From an uncultured Candidatus Saccharibacteria bacterium (GTDB lineage Bacteria; Patescibacteriota; WWE3; UBA101185; UBA10185), in NCBI GenBank assembly GCA_964590955.1, contig CAZPYT010000004.1:1-46416 (forward strand): a stretch of 46,416 nt of DNA, given 5' to 3'. Both the position numbers and the translations under genes were made by a program. A model generated the notes under the pieces. The model was not told the origin of the DNA. It made no database searches and worked only from the letters and a program-made list of their open reading frames with translations. Below are positions 8,003 to 17,927 of the stretch, in pieces (position 1 is the first letter of the stretch; every line of letters begins with the position of its first letter).

Positions 8003-9253
8003 TTAAATAATCCACAAAAACAAAAAGAAAAGAAGCTCCGTCTGCTGCATAGTCCAGATGTAATGGTCAAAAGTACCTAAAAAAATAAATTGAATAAGCA
8101 GTATAAAAGCAATCGCAGATTTGTTTTTGTAATAAATAAGCCTTTTTATAAAAAATGCGGAAAATAAAGCAAAGCCAACTAATCCGGCTTCGAACATAAT
8201 TAATACAAAAATATTGTGCGGAGGTTGTGCAAATCTTAAGTCTCTAGGGCTGGGAGCAAATTTATCAATGTATGCAGGTGAAGTTGAGGGGCCATAACCA
8301 AACATCGGATGTTGTTTAATAAGGTATGCTGAAGATTTTAACAATTCAATACGCCTGTATATCGAGGGTGTGTCTTTCAATGGAAATATAAACAATGAAC
8401 AAAGTAAAACAAAAGAGCCCAATATAAAATATATCTTTTTATTTTGGAAGCAACAGATCAGCAAAATACCCAAAAGATAACCAACCCAGGCGGTATAGCT
8501 TAAGGTGAAAAATAAGGATACCGAACCCAGAATAAATGCATATATATAGGTTTTACGATGCTGGCCGCTATAAATCTGATAAAAAAGCCAAACTAATAAA
8601 ACACTTAGAAAGCCGCCAAATGTATTCGGATGCCTAAAAGTTCCGTAAGAAGGAACTTTCATATGCCCAAAAAAGGATTCACGTGCAACACCGGGCATGG
8701 ATGCAGCATAGGGTTGTTCACCAAAAAATAAATAGTTATTAAACACAGCGCCTTGGTTAAACCACTGAGCAATTCCCAAAGATCCCAAAAAAATTAGGAT
8801 AAATGCCGTACAAACGTTTAATGTAGACAAAATATATTTTCGGTCAAATAGCTGAGAAATTAAAAATGCTTCAAGAGCATAAAAAACTAAACGAAAAGAT
8901 ACAAACAACGAAGCTCCTAAAAAGGCAGAAGTTAAAGAAACCAGAAAATATACAAAGGCAAACCAAATAAAATAGCGATCAAGCTTCAAAAAATATTCTT
9001 TTAGAGATGAAATGTTTAGTGCTACAAAAAATAAAGCAATAATATCTTGCAAATAAAGTGCAGGTACCAGGTAATCTATGAGGACGCCATTAAAATAAGC
9101 ACGTGAATAATCAAAGTGGTAACCAAGATTTAACGGAAGCGTTAAAAAAATAACCCACAGTAAAGCCTTATTAATTTTAGTTTTGTCGACAACAATCATT
9201 AGTTCTTTTGCATAATTTTCGACTTTGTATTCGAACAGATATTTACGAAACAA
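8003..9253 (-). CDS. Polytopic membrane protein, O-antigen ligase/polymerase (Wzy_C)-like
   Basis: About 10 or more hydrophobic segments and an FGYGPSTS loop typical of the O-antigen ligase family. The start is uncertain (TTG 9253 or ATG 9199). Confidence 0.5.
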   Translation of the reverse strand: MFRKYLFEYKVENYAKELMIVVDKTKINKALLWVIFLTLPLNLGYHFDYSRAYFNGVLIDYLVPALYLQDIIALFFVALNISSLKEYFLKLDRYFIWFAFVYFLVSLTSAFLGASLFVSFRLVFYALEAFLISQLFDRKYILSTLNVCTAFILIFLGSLGIAQWFNQGAVFNNYLFFGEQPYAASMPGVARESFFGHMKVPSYGTFRHPNTFGGFLSVLLVWLFYQIYSGQHRKTYIYAFILGSVSLFFTLSYTAWVGYLLGILLICCFQNKKIYFILGSFVLLCSLFIFPLKDTPSIYRRIELLKSSAYLIKQHPMFGYGPSTSPAYIDKFAPSPRDLRFAQPPHNIFVLIMFEAGLVGFALFSAFFIKRLIYYKNKSAIAFILLIQFIFLGTFDHYIWTMQQTELLFFLFLWII

Positions 9254-9264
9254 GTATTTAGAAA

Positions 9265-10062
9265 TTATGTTCGGCTAAACCTTTTTATAAGGGCAGTGTG
9301 TGACTCTTTTATAATAGCATCTATAGGCAGTGGTTTGAATCCGACATGCTTAAGTGCCTTAGCAATAAGGTAATCGGCAATGTGAGGATTTTTTGATAAT
9401 AGGGGTCCGTGCATATAAGTACCGATTGTGTTTCTATAATGTATTCCTTCAGTTACATCCTGCTGATTATTACCAAAACCGGAGACAACTTGTCCAAACG
9501 GCCGGCTTGAATTACCTATAAAAGTCTGGCCACCGTGATTTTCAAAACCAACCAAAGTATTGCCTAAACTGTTAATTTCTTTAAAAACAGGATCATCTAA
9601 AATTGACTCGTCTAGATTACAAACAATATTTCCAACACAACGTTTACTCTTATGACCAAAATGGACTGTATAAAGATCAAGTGCAGATAAGCCTTTAATG
9701 TCCAGAGAGGAACCGTCGGCGACAGTGCTGTCAACAGAACGATAATAATGACCCAGAAGCTGATACGAACCGCAGATAAAAAGAGCAACCCCATTTTCCT
9801 CAATGTAATCCTTCACAAAAGATCCTTTGTTTTCAAGTAAATCTTTATATAGTTTTTGCTGGCTTGAGTCGGGACCTCCCCCCATAAAAATTAGATCATA
9901 ATTATGAGATAAAGAACCGGTTATTTTATCAGCAAGTCCCAATTCGGTTACACTTACATCAAATCCACGCTGTTCTGCGCGATATTTTAGTATTTCTATA
10001 TTACCTGTATCACCATATAGATTTAGCTCATGCGGATAAAAATAGGCAATACGGAATTTCAT
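9265..10062 (-). CDS. gatD: Lipid II isoglutaminyl synthase, glutaminase subunit GatD (CobB/CobQ-like GATase)
   Basis: MKFRIAYFYPHELNLYGDTGN N-terminus, a conserved Cys (FICGSYQ), and an ATGA overlap with murT. Confidence 0.8.
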   Translation of the reverse strand: MKFRIAYFYPHELNLYGDTGNIEILKYRAEQRGFDVSVTELGLADKITGSLSHNYDLIFMGGGPDSSQQKLYKDLLENKGSFVKDYIEENGVALFICGSYQLLGHYYRSVDSTVADGSSLDIKGLSALDLYTVHFGHKSKRCVGNIVCNLDESILDDPVFKEINSLGNTLVGFENHGGQTFIGNSSRPFGQVVSGFGNNQQDVTEGIHYRNTIGTYMHGPLLSKNPHIADYLIAKALKHVGFKPLPIDAIIKESHTALIKRFSRT

Positions 10063-11216
10063 AGTATACGCCTTCCCACCAATATTTTACGCGTAGAAAG
10101 CATAGCTGAATAATTTGGCAGTATCATTATATTCGAACAGGCGTCATTTTTAACAATCAAATCCAAAGATGTTTTTATTGAAACATTAATATTGTCTTGA
10201 TAAATATTTAAACCCGCATAATTCAACCTTACGGCCATATCCAGCGCACGTATACCCGAAACATATATTTTTTTATTTTCTCCTGCTTTTTTCAACTGTT
10301 CAGGAAACACATCATATATCCAGGAAACATCGTGCCCGTCAGGTATATTATCGTTAAGAATAAACAAATAAGTATCATAAGCGTTAGAGGCACTTACAAG
10401 CATTTCTAAATTGTAATTTAAGCTCGCCGGATTTTTTGCCAGTAATAGTGTAAAACTTTTACCCTGATACGAGACTTTTTCACCACGACCGTAGGCATAA
10501 GAAAAGTCATTGAGATATGTGTGTGCTCTATCAGAATTTATACCTAAGCTTTCAGCAATGCGTACAGAACAATTTACATTTTTATTATTAAAATTGTTAT
10601 TAAGGTTCCGGGCATTATGCGCACCCGGCAACCCATTAAACCAAAGGGTTTCAACACGCGACATATTCAGTTCTTTGGACAATTTATGGAAATAATCATG
10701 AGTATCATCTAAAACTAGAGTAATTGGTTGTTGAAAAGATTTCAAAGAGGCAAGCCATTTTTCATAAACAATATCAGTTTCCCAATGACGATCAAGTTGA
10801 TCACGAGAGATATTAAGCAACGAAATGACAGTAGGCTTAAGTCTTTTCAAAAGTTCGGGTAGGGTAAATTCGTCAACTTCTAAAACCAGTACATCAAATT
10901 TAAGTCTTCCTAAAAAGTCAGTATTAAGCAAAAGAGTACTTAAGATGCCATTAAGTAAATTAGCCCCGGATGCATTGTATAAAACACGTTTACCGTCTTT
11001 GGTTAATATATGCGCAGTAAGCTTTGCCGTAGTCGTTTTACCATTAGTGCCGCTGATAAAAATAAGTTGTTTCGGCAAACAGGACATGAATTGTTTCCAT
11101 ATTGTCGGGTTTAAGTGCATAACAATATGTCCCGGCCATGTATTTCCTGAACCAATATTTAATAGTTTGCTACACAAACTAATTATTTTCGCTATGTAAA
11201 TTGATAATAAATACAT
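10059..11216 (-). CDS. murT: Lipid II isoglutaminyl synthase, Mur-ligase-like subunit MurT
   Basis: Mur ligase P-loop GTNGKTTT; translationally coupled to gatD. Confidence 0.8.
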   Translation of the reverse strand: MYLLSIYIAKIISLCSKLLNIGSGNTWPGHIVMHLNPTIWKQFMSCLPKQLIFISGTNGKTTTAKLTAHILTKDGKRVLYNASGANLLNGILSTLLLNTDFLGRLKFDVLVLEVDEFTLPELLKRLKPTVISLLNISRDQLDRHWETDIVYEKWLASLKSFQQPITLVLDDTHDYFHKLSKELNMSRVETLWFNGLPGAHNARNLNNNFNNKNVNCSVRIAESLGINSDRAHTYLNDFSYAYGRGEKVSYQGKSFTLLLAKNPASLNYNLEMLVSASNAYDTYLFILNDNIPDGHDVSWIYDVFPEQLKKAGENKKIYVSGIRALDMAVRLNYAGLNIYQDNINVSIKTSLDLIVKNDACSNIMILPNYSAMLSTRKILVGRRIL

Positions 11217-11544
11217 TTACTTGTACACAACCTTTCTTATCTAATTATATATATAATAAGTAGTAGTTATAGTAGTCAGTGTGTACATGTGTAAAACGCA
11301 TAATATACTGTTATGTCACCTAATTGTTTATGCACGCTTTGTGTAAAGCTGCTTTATGTTGTTTCTTTCAGCTTTTAACCTTTCTTATAGGGGCATACCT
11401 CTATATAGCGGGCTGTCTAGTTGTTGATAAATGTCTTCATTTTGTTGATAAAAATGTGGATAAATTCTGGGTTATCCTAAACGTCTTATAGTACTTTACT
11501 CTATTCTCCATAACAATCCACATGTTTTCCACTTGCCTATATTT
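11217..11544. other. Candidate oriC: DnaA-box cluster plus AT-rich tract immediately downstream of dnaA
   Basis: TGTGGATAA at 11455-11463 is a perfect reverse-complement DnaA box. TGTTGATAA at 11422-11430 and 11443-11451 each have one mismatch. Degenerate boxes: TTATCCTAA (11472-11480) and CAATCCACA (11514-11522). AT-rich stretch at about 11241-11275. Confidence 0.5.
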
Positions 11545-12933
11545 TTAAATCAGTTGTCTGACATTAACTACGTCCTGTCTGACTTTTCCCATTTCTTTCA
11601 TCTCATCTTCTACTTTTTTTATCCCGTGCATTATTGTTGTATGATCTCTACCTCCAAGGTGTTCCCCAATGTTCATTAACGGTGCATCTGTTAATTCTCT
11701 TATCAAATACATTGCTACTTGTCTTGGAATTACAATCTCTTTTGTACGTCTTTTTCCTTTTAAATCCGGTATTTTTATTGAATAGTATTTTCCCACTGCT
11801 TTTAGAATTTGCATGGGTGTTACAAATTTACTATTCTTCATAGTCATGTTTTTTCCCAGCGTTTGTTCTGCGAGCTCTTTGGTTGGACTAATTCCGCGAG
11901 ATTTTGCTGCAGCCATCACCTGCATATATGCACCTTCTAATTCTCTAATGTTAGAAGCAATATTTTGAGCTATATAGTCAATAACTTCATTTGGAATTAT
12001 ATCCTTGTTGTTATCCCTTTTTGTTCTAAGTATCGCTGTGCGCAACTCGGAATCAGGCAGCTGAATGTCTGCAATGATGCCACTGCTGAATCTTGAGGTT
12101 ATCCTTTTTTCCAAGTTGACAAAGTCTTTCGGGGGGCGATCCGAAGTAAGTATTATTTGTTTTCCTGCCATATATAAGGTATTAAAAGTGTGAAAAAATT
12201 CCATTTGCGTGGACTCTCTGCCAATTATGAATTGAATATCGTCGATCAGGAGTACATCTACTTTTCTAAATTTATTTCTAAATTCATTCGAGGCATACTT
12301 ACCTCGATTTCCGCTTTGTATTGCTTCAATAAGCTCGTTCATAAAAGCTTCTCCTGTTGTATAAAGCACGTTCATTTCAGGAAAGTTTTCCATTATTTTA
12401 TTGCCTATTGCTTGCGTTAAGTGCGTTTTTCCCAGGCCTACCCCGGAGTATAGAAAAAACGGATTATAATTTTCTCCGGGTTTTTCAGCTACAGCCTGAG
12501 CAATCGCTACTGCCAGCTGATTGCTGCTGCCGATTATGAAATTTTCGAACCTGAATTTTGGCGCAATCCCGGACGCGCGTATTTTTACATTGTTTGGTTG
12601 AGCAGCTTTTTTAGAAGGTTCGAATAGAGGCCCAACCGGTAAGTTTTGTTTATGTTGATCTGCGGTTTTTATAGAGCCTATTTCGATAGTCACCTTTACC
12701 TTAGTTTTAGCCACTCTATTTACAGCATCCTCTATCAATGACAAAAACTTCTGAAGCTGTTTTTTTGCATAGGGCATATCTACCAGCAGTGTCAGCTCAT
12801 TTGCTGATTTGTATTCCGGAGAGATCTTTTTCACCCAGGTGTTATACATTAATGGATTTAGCTCAGTTTCTAAGATACCTAGAACTTTTTTCCAAAAGAT
12901 ATGCAAATTTTCACTTGAAAAATCACTATTCAC
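11545..12933 (-). CDS. dnaA: Chromosomal replication initiator DnaA
   Basis: Walker A GVGLGKTHL, a DnaA-type AAA+ core, and a C-terminal DNA-binding helix (IPRQVAMYLIRELT). GTG start at 12933. Confidence 0.95.
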   Translation of the reverse strand: MNSDFSSENLHIFWKKVLGILETELNPLMYNTWVKKISPEYKSANELTLLVDMPYAKKQLQKFLSLIEDAVNRVAKTKVKVTIEIGSIKTADQHKQNLPVGPLFEPSKKAAQPNNVKIRASGIAPKFRFENFIIGSSNQLAVAIAQAVAEKPGENYNPFFLYSGVGLGKTHLTQAIGNKIMENFPEMNVLYTTGEAFMNELIEAIQSGNRGKYASNEFRNKFRKVDVLLIDDIQFIIGRESTQMEFFHTFNTLYMAGKQIILTSDRPPKDFVNLEKRITSRFSSGIIADIQLPDSELRTAILRTKRDNNKDIIPNEVIDYIAQNIASNIRELEGAYMQVMAAAKSRGISPTKELAEQTLGKNMTMKNSKFVTPMQILKAVGKYYSIKIPDLKGKRRTKEIVIPRQVAMYLIRELTDAPLMNIGEHLGGRDHTTIMHGIKKVEDEMKEMGKVRQDVVNVRQLI

Positions 12934-12994
12934 TGGTTTTTAAGGCAGAATTTGTTAGCAGGTTAACTAATATACTGGCGTAATTCTACAAAAG

Positions 12995-13003
12995 TTATCC
13001 ACA
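12995..13003. promoter_or_regulatory. Perfect DnaA box TTATCCACA upstream of dnaA
   Basis: Exact 9-mer located 62 nt upstream of the dnaA start. Confidence 0.5.
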
Positions 13004-13042
13004 ATGAAGAAGCGACACAAATTGCTATTATGTCGGTAGCTC

Positions 13043-13795
13043 TTATCCTTCGTTTGCGATCTGGTCGCGGGCTGTCTTATCCATATATTCTGCTAAAGTG
13101 TAGTCCATCATTATGTCCAAATTCACAAAATCTTTTACAAACAGCACTGCCTTTTCCGGATATTCATCCCTATATAACCCGTCAGGCCATATTATAACTG
13201 TGTCCATGTTTGCTTTTGCAGAAGACTCTGCACCTCTCACAGAATCTTCGAAAACCATTACCTGCTCTGATTTTACATTTATTTTTTTTGCTGCTGTATT
13301 GTAAATCTCAGGTGATGGCTTTGGATGTTTTACATCTTCTGCAGTAATTATTAAATCAAATATTGAAGAGTTGATTGCTATTGTATCTAAGACAGTATCT
13401 ACTATTTGTCTTCTGCTATTTGAAACCAATGCTGACGGCATTTTTCTATCTTTAATTTTTCCGAGATAAGTGAAAAATCCCGGTGTGATCTCCGGGGGAT
13501 TGTTTTGTATTTCTGCAATAAAAAACTCGTTTACTTTATTTACTAAGATGTCGATTGGTACAGGATTTGGTCTCAGTGGGTTTTCGGGATATTTAAACTT
13601 ATCGTAGTCAGCCAGTCTTTTAATTTCATCCCTCAAGTTAAAACCTCTCAAAAAGGCACTTTTCTCGAGACCGATAAACCCCACAGCATTTACGACTTTA
13701 TTGAACGCTCTTTGCCAGTGTTCTGCTGTGTCCACAATAGTTCCATCCATATCAAAAAATATTGCTTTTTTATTTTCAAATAATTTTTTATACAT
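13043..13795 (-). CDS. HAD-superfamily hydrolase (beta-phosphoglucomutase-like subfamily)
   Basis: Motif I FFDMDGTIVDT; downstream S/T and DS motifs (VFEDS). Confidence 0.8.
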   Translation of the reverse strand: MYKKLFENKKAIFFDMDGTIVDTAEHWQRAFNKVVNAVGFIGLEKSAFLRGFNLRDEIKRLADYDKFKYPENPLRPNPVPIDILVNKVNEFFIAEIQNNPPEITPGFFTYLGKIKDRKMPSALVSNSRRQIVDTVLDTIAINSSIFDLIITAEDVKHPKPSPEIYNTAAKKINVKSEQVMVFEDSVRGAESSAKANMDTVIIWPDGLYRDEYPEKAVLFVKDFVNLDIMMDYTLAEYMDKTARDQIANEG

Positions 13796-13796
13796 A

Positions 13797-13988
13797 CTAC
13801 AGCCCAGGCTCCTGCATTTTTTTCATAGCTTTTCTAACGCCTATGTAAATTTTTACTAAAAAAATCGGCCCCAGCAGCGCATTGATAAAAAAACCGAAAA
13901 ACCCGCTTTCTCCTTTAAAAACAAGATAAAAACCGTAAACAGCACCTATAACAAGATATATGATTACCAGTACAGTTAATATTTGCAT
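13797..13988 (-). CDS. Small membrane protein, 2 TM segments, hypothetical
   Basis: 63-aa hydrophobic ORF directly abutting the HAD gene. Confidence 0.4.
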   Translation of the reverse strand: MQILTVLVIIYLVIGAVYGFYLVFKGESGFFGFFINALLGPIFLVKIYIGVRKAMKKMQEPGL

Positions 13989-14011
13989 GATTATATGTTA
14001 ACATTTTTGGT

Positions 14012-14284
14012 ATGAAAGACATAAATGATTTATCAGCAGATGCTGTAGCTACTGAAGATGAGGGTTATGTACATGATGACTCTCATTCTCATTTAAAATT
14101 CACTTGTCCCAATTGCGGAAATATTTCTCGGGATGACGTGTTGTTTTTGTGCAACACGTGTGATTCCAGCGATTTACTGGAGAAAGACGGAGTTTATATG
14201 TGTCCGTCTTGTTTAGTACCCGGAGAAAATTTTGAATGCAATCTTTGCGGATCTGATGAAGTGACGATGAGAGAAACAAAATAA
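14012..14284 (+). CDS. Double zinc-ribbon protein, hypothetical
   Basis: Four CxxC pairs: CPNC...CNTC and CPSC...CNLC. Confidence 0.5.
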   Translation: MKDINDLSADAVATEDEGYVHDDSHSHLKFTCPNCGNISRDDVLFLCNTCDSSDLLEKDGVYMCPSCLVPGENFECNLCGSDEVTMRETK

Positions 14285-14295
14285 TATTCGGCACA

Positions 14296-14745
14296 CTAAT
14301 CTTGCAGCGAATAGTATTCTTTAAGAATAAGTGCTGCTGACAAGTCGTCCACGTTGCCGTGTTTGATTTTGGTTATTCCTAGGTCTATGTTTTCTGTTTT
14401 TAAATCCTGAGTGGTTCTGAATTCATTAACAAAAATGACTTCTTTTTTTGTAACAATTTTGAAAAACTTAGCGAAAGTTCTAACCTTTTTCGACTGCTCC
14501 GTTTCTTTTCCATTGGGAGTCAAAGGCAAACCAATGACCACCCTATTTACTTTATTTTCCATAACATATCTGTTGATCTCGTGAATTGCTGTTTGTGTGT
14601 TTCTGGCGTCTACTATACAAAGTGGCGTTGCAATTCCATTTCTCCCTAAAGCTAGGCCAATATTTACTTCCCCATAATCAATACCCATTAATAATGCGTC
14701 TTTTTTAAATTTTTTGTCTTTGCCCACTTGCTTATTCTCTTTCAA
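14296..14745 (-). CDS. ruvX: YqgF/RuvX-family nuclease (putative pre-16S rRNA nuclease / Holliday junction resolvase-like)
   Basis: MGIDYGEVNIGLAL and the VIGLP motif. Confidence 0.8.
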   Translation of the reverse strand: MKENKQVGKDKKFKKDALLMGIDYGEVNIGLALGRNGIATPLCIVDARNTQTAIHEINRYVMENKVNRVVIGLPLTPNGKETEQSKKVRTFAKFFKIVTKKEVIFVNEFRTTQDLKTENIDLGITKIKHGNVDDLSAALILKEYYSLQD

Positions 14746-16252
14746 TTGTAATATTTATGCGGCTTCTGTCTTTAGGAACATAATCGAAAAAAGGTATTCT
14801 GGGAGATAAATTGAATTCGTAAGTTTTTATGTTTCTAATACTGCCAATAATTTTTTGTGCTTCAGGTACGGTTAAGCCCATTAACGACTCCTTTACAGAT
14901 TCTTCAGAGATTTCAGGTATCACAAATGTTTTTAAGGTTACCTGTAAGTCTGCTTCGTTTGTAGATACCACTGCTGAGTCTGTGTTTCCTAGGACTTCTA
15001 CATTTACAATTCTTTCTTTGGTTGAAAGCACAAATCCTTCAGGCACATAGTCTTTTACAATTTTATCTATTAGTGCATCCAGTTCAGCCGGTTTATATGT
15101 CAATGCATTTGCTTGAAATGTTTGTTTTAATGTTACTCTTTCTGCTTCGGCATTTAGGGTTGCACTCAATTCTTCTTTTGTAATCTGCACAGTTTGCGAG
15201 CCGGTAATAAGTTTATTTTCTTTAGGAATAGCTGCTTCTAAAGCCCTCAATACCTTTTCTTCTGAGTTATCCGAAAGTTTTTTCTTTAGTGCATCAATAT
15301 CTACTTGTGTTACGATGGCAACCTCGTCTTCCAGCCCGCCTGTAAAATCTTTTTTTGCTTCTGCGGTAAATTCTGTACTTTTTTGATCTTCTACGGATAA
15401 TTTTGAACTTTCGTCAATATTGTACTTCTCTCCAAAGTCTTTTGCCTCTACATCAGCTTCTTCCTGACCTTTCAAATAAGTTATCAATAGAGGGTTCTCC
15501 GGATCAGGATCCTGTTCTTCTCGGGCAGGTACAGTTACATCTTCAGTGAGTTCAAATATATATTCTTTTCCTTTATCATCTTTATAAGTTAAGTCAGTTC
15601 CTTTTTTAAATTTTTTATCTTCGTCGGTGTTGTTAAAAATTATTGCTACACCTTTTGCTTTTTCCCCAACTATTTTTTCTCCTGTAGTTTTTTCTTCAGC
15701 CTCGTCATCCACAGAGGCTCCCACTGTATATCCTTTTAGTATTTTTTCTGAGGGACTAGTTTCAGCGCCATTTATAACTTTTACTTCCAAACTTCTTGTA
15801 AGCGGTTGAGAATTTACTACAACCTTAACGTTGGCTTGAGGCTTTTGACCAATATATTTATACGAGAAGAAAACAGCAATTATAAGGAGTGCTGTTAAAA
15901 TTCCCAAAAATACAAATTTTTTAGCCCCAAAAGAAAATCTTGGCATTTTGAATTTTGGCGCCTTGAAAGTTTTAGCCGGAACTTGCTCTTCTAGCTCTGC
16001 AATGTCTTCTTCGGTAGCTTGATTTTCAGATAGCCCTTCTATTAAGTTTAGTCCATTATCATCTTCAGTCATAAAATTCAAACTGATTTCTTCTTTTTCA
16101 GCCCATGTTTTTAAAAGTTTTAGATTTATTACATTTTCAAATAATACGGACCCTTCCGGTATTACAAGTTCTATTCCTTTGTCATTAATGTTTTTTAATT
16201 TATTTATAATGTTCAATACATCATCGTGTATTTCTATTTCAATTTTTATCAT
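14732..16252 (-). CDS. Membrane-anchored hypothetical protein (cytoplasmic N-domain, 1 TM, large acidic extracytoplasmic part)
   Basis: TM segment FVFLGILTALLIIAVFF at about residues 103-120. 4-nt overlap with the ftsA-like gene. The segment TTGEKIVGEKAKGVAIIFNNT...GTDL loosely recalls baseplate-J-like beta modules; this is unverified. Confidence 0.6.
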   Translation of the reverse strand: MIKIEIEIHDDVLNIINKLKNINDKGIELVIPEGSVLFENVINLKLLKTWAEKEEISLNFMTEDDNGLNLIEGLSENQATEEDIAELEEQVPAKTFKAPKFKMPRFSFGAKKFVFLGILTALLIIAVFFSYKYIGQKPQANVKVVVNSQPLTRSLEVKVINGAETSPSEKILKGYTVGASVDDEAEEKTTGEKIVGEKAKGVAIIFNNTDEDKKFKKGTDLTYKDDKGKEYIFELTEDVTVPAREEQDPDPENPLLITYLKGQEEADVEAKDFGEKYNIDESSKLSVEDQKSTEFTAEAKKDFTGGLEDEVAIVTQVDIDALKKKLSDNSEEKVLRALEAAIPKENKLITGSQTVQITKEELSATLNAEAERVTLKQTFQANALTYKPAELDALIDKIVKDYVPEGFVLSTKERIVNVEVLGNTDSAVVSTNEADLQVTLKTFVIPEISEESVKESLMGLTVPEAQKIIGSIRNIKTYEFNLSPRIPFFDYVPKDRSRINITIERE

Positions 16253-17445
16253 TGTAATTCCTCATAAATATAAGCCATCGCTGCCAGAGATACTTGTTTT
16301 TGCAATCTAAAATCATCGGTTGCATCAGATATTTTACCAAAAGTTTGTAGGTTAATTGTCGTAATTTCCGGAGGAGCCTTAAATGGTATGGCTTTCGTCC
16401 ATGGATGTTTACCCAGTGCTTCTTCAATTTCCGGTAAATCAACTCCTTCACCAAAAAGATAAATATTTGGAGCAAAAGTTTTTACACCTGTAAAATCCGC
16501 AAATGCCAGGGACAATCCGTCCAGCCAAATTTCTGCTGTCTCGTTAATATGCTCTTGGATTAGCGTGCTTTCTGAATTTGAAAGTTCACCTTTTTCATAG
16601 GTTTCAATGACTCTGTGGGCTTCTTCAAATGTTATTCCCATAACTCTACTAATTTCATCTACGAAGTGCTTTTTCCCTATGTGCAAACTTTTATTTGCAA
16701 CAACGGCACCTCCAAAAACAACCCCGATGCTGGTAAAATCGGACCCGATTTCAAGAAGAACCATGTCAGTAGCTTCGTAGTGTGAATCTTTCATAGCTTT
16801 TACCAGCGCAAAATTTTGAGTTGTTATCGCGGCTAAATTCAAGCCCAATTTTTTAAAAAGCTTTTTAATATTTTCAACATGATAAACAGGGCAGTACGCT
16901 GTGTACATTGCCATTTCCGCGACACGTCCGCTATGACCTAAAAGTGTATCTACTTTATGATCGTCAATTTTTGTATATACATTCGATGATGTGATCATTT
17001 GAAAATCTGTGTCTGAGTTACCGGTATTTTCGAGATTTTTATTTTGGATATCTATATAAGCCGAGTCTAAAATTTTCTGTTCAAACTCGTCTATTTCTTT
17101 AGGTACAATTTGGCTGGTATCCGGTCTTGTTACTTTTGCGGTGGTAACGGTTTCAATTACGAGGTCCGTGGAAATCCCATAAATAACATCTTTTATAGGA
17201 GTTTCAGTATTTTGTGTTGCTTTTTTATAGGCTTGTTCCAGAGCAGCTGCTACTGTTTCAAAATCGACAATACTGCTGTTTCTTACTGCGCCTTCTTCCA
17301 CTTGTTGAGTCCCGCTGCCAATAATTTTCAAACTGCCATTCTCTTTGTAAAAAGTTAACATACGCACCGCAGCAGAATCTATTTCAAGAGTAATAAACTT
17401 ATTATCGTTTTTAGTATATTTATTTAAAAAGGGTATTTTGAACAT
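16249..17445 (-). CDS. Actin-fold ATPase of the FtsA/PilM family (FtsA-like)
   Basis: ITLEIDSAAV (phosphate 1), EEGAVRNSSIVDFE, LLEIGSDFTSIGVVFGG (phosphate 2), HIGKKHFVDEI. Confidence 0.7.
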   Translation of the reverse strand: MFKIPFLNKYTKNDNKFITLEIDSAAVRMLTFYKENGSLKIIGSGTQQVEEGAVRNSSIVDFETVAAALEQAYKKATQNTETPIKDVIYGISTDLVIETVTTAKVTRPDTSQIVPKEIDEFEQKILDSAYIDIQNKNLENTGNSDTDFQMITSSNVYTKIDDHKVDTLLGHSGRVAEMAMYTAYCPVYHVENIKKLFKKLGLNLAAITTQNFALVKAMKDSHYEATDMVLLEIGSDFTSIGVVFGGAVVANKSLHIGKKHFVDEISRVMGITFEEAHRVIETYEKGELSNSESTLIQEHINETAEIWLDGLSLAFADFTGVKTFAPNIYLFGEGVDLPEIEEALGKHPWTKAIPFKAPPEITTINLQTFGKISDATDDFRLQKQVSLAAMAYIYEELQ

Positions 17446-17493
17446 TGTTTTGATTATACATTATTTGTGTTTTGTGTGGTTTTGGGAGTTTTT

Positions 17494-17844
17494 TTAGTCA
17501 TCTGTTCTGAGATCATCGTCGAGTTCTGCAATTTCTAGTGGTGACAAGCCTTTACGATCAAAATCGTCTTCCTCTAGTACGGCGTGATACTTTGGTTTCT
17601 TTCTCTTACTTTTTTGTTGCGGACTTTGTTTATTAGGGGCAAAATCAGCTAATACTTGTTTTTCGTTTTCTTCTGCAGCTTCGATACGTTTCTCCTCCAA
17701 AACTTCTTTTTCTTTTTCTCTATCTAAAGCTTCCTGTTTTTTACTATCCTCCTCACTATTAGTATCTGTTTCAATGATTTCTGTATTCTTTTTCTCTACC
17801 GTTTCATCTTGTTCAACAATGCTAACCAAATCCTGATTGTTCAT
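17494..17844 (-). CDS. Small highly charged (E/K/D-rich) hypothetical protein
   Basis: 116-aa ORF with ATG start. The frame stays open about 45 codons further upstream with no canonical start (see findings). Confidence 0.45.
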   Translation of the reverse strand: MNNQDLVSIVEQDETVEKKNTEIIETDTNSEEDSKKQEALDREKEKEVLEEKRIEAAEENEKQVLADFAPNKQSPQQKSKRKKPKYHAVLEEDDFDRKGLSPLEIAELDDDLRTDD

Positions 17845-17927
17845 TATCCATTCGATTTCTTTTATGCGAATAGCCGGTTCGTTTGCATCAATTAAAGTAT
17901 GTGTAAGTTCTTCAACTGCTTTTCGTC

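Noticed and set aside
10825-11199. A 124-aa plus-strand ORF.
   Set aside because: It is fully antisense to murT, which has a clear Mur-ligase P-loop.
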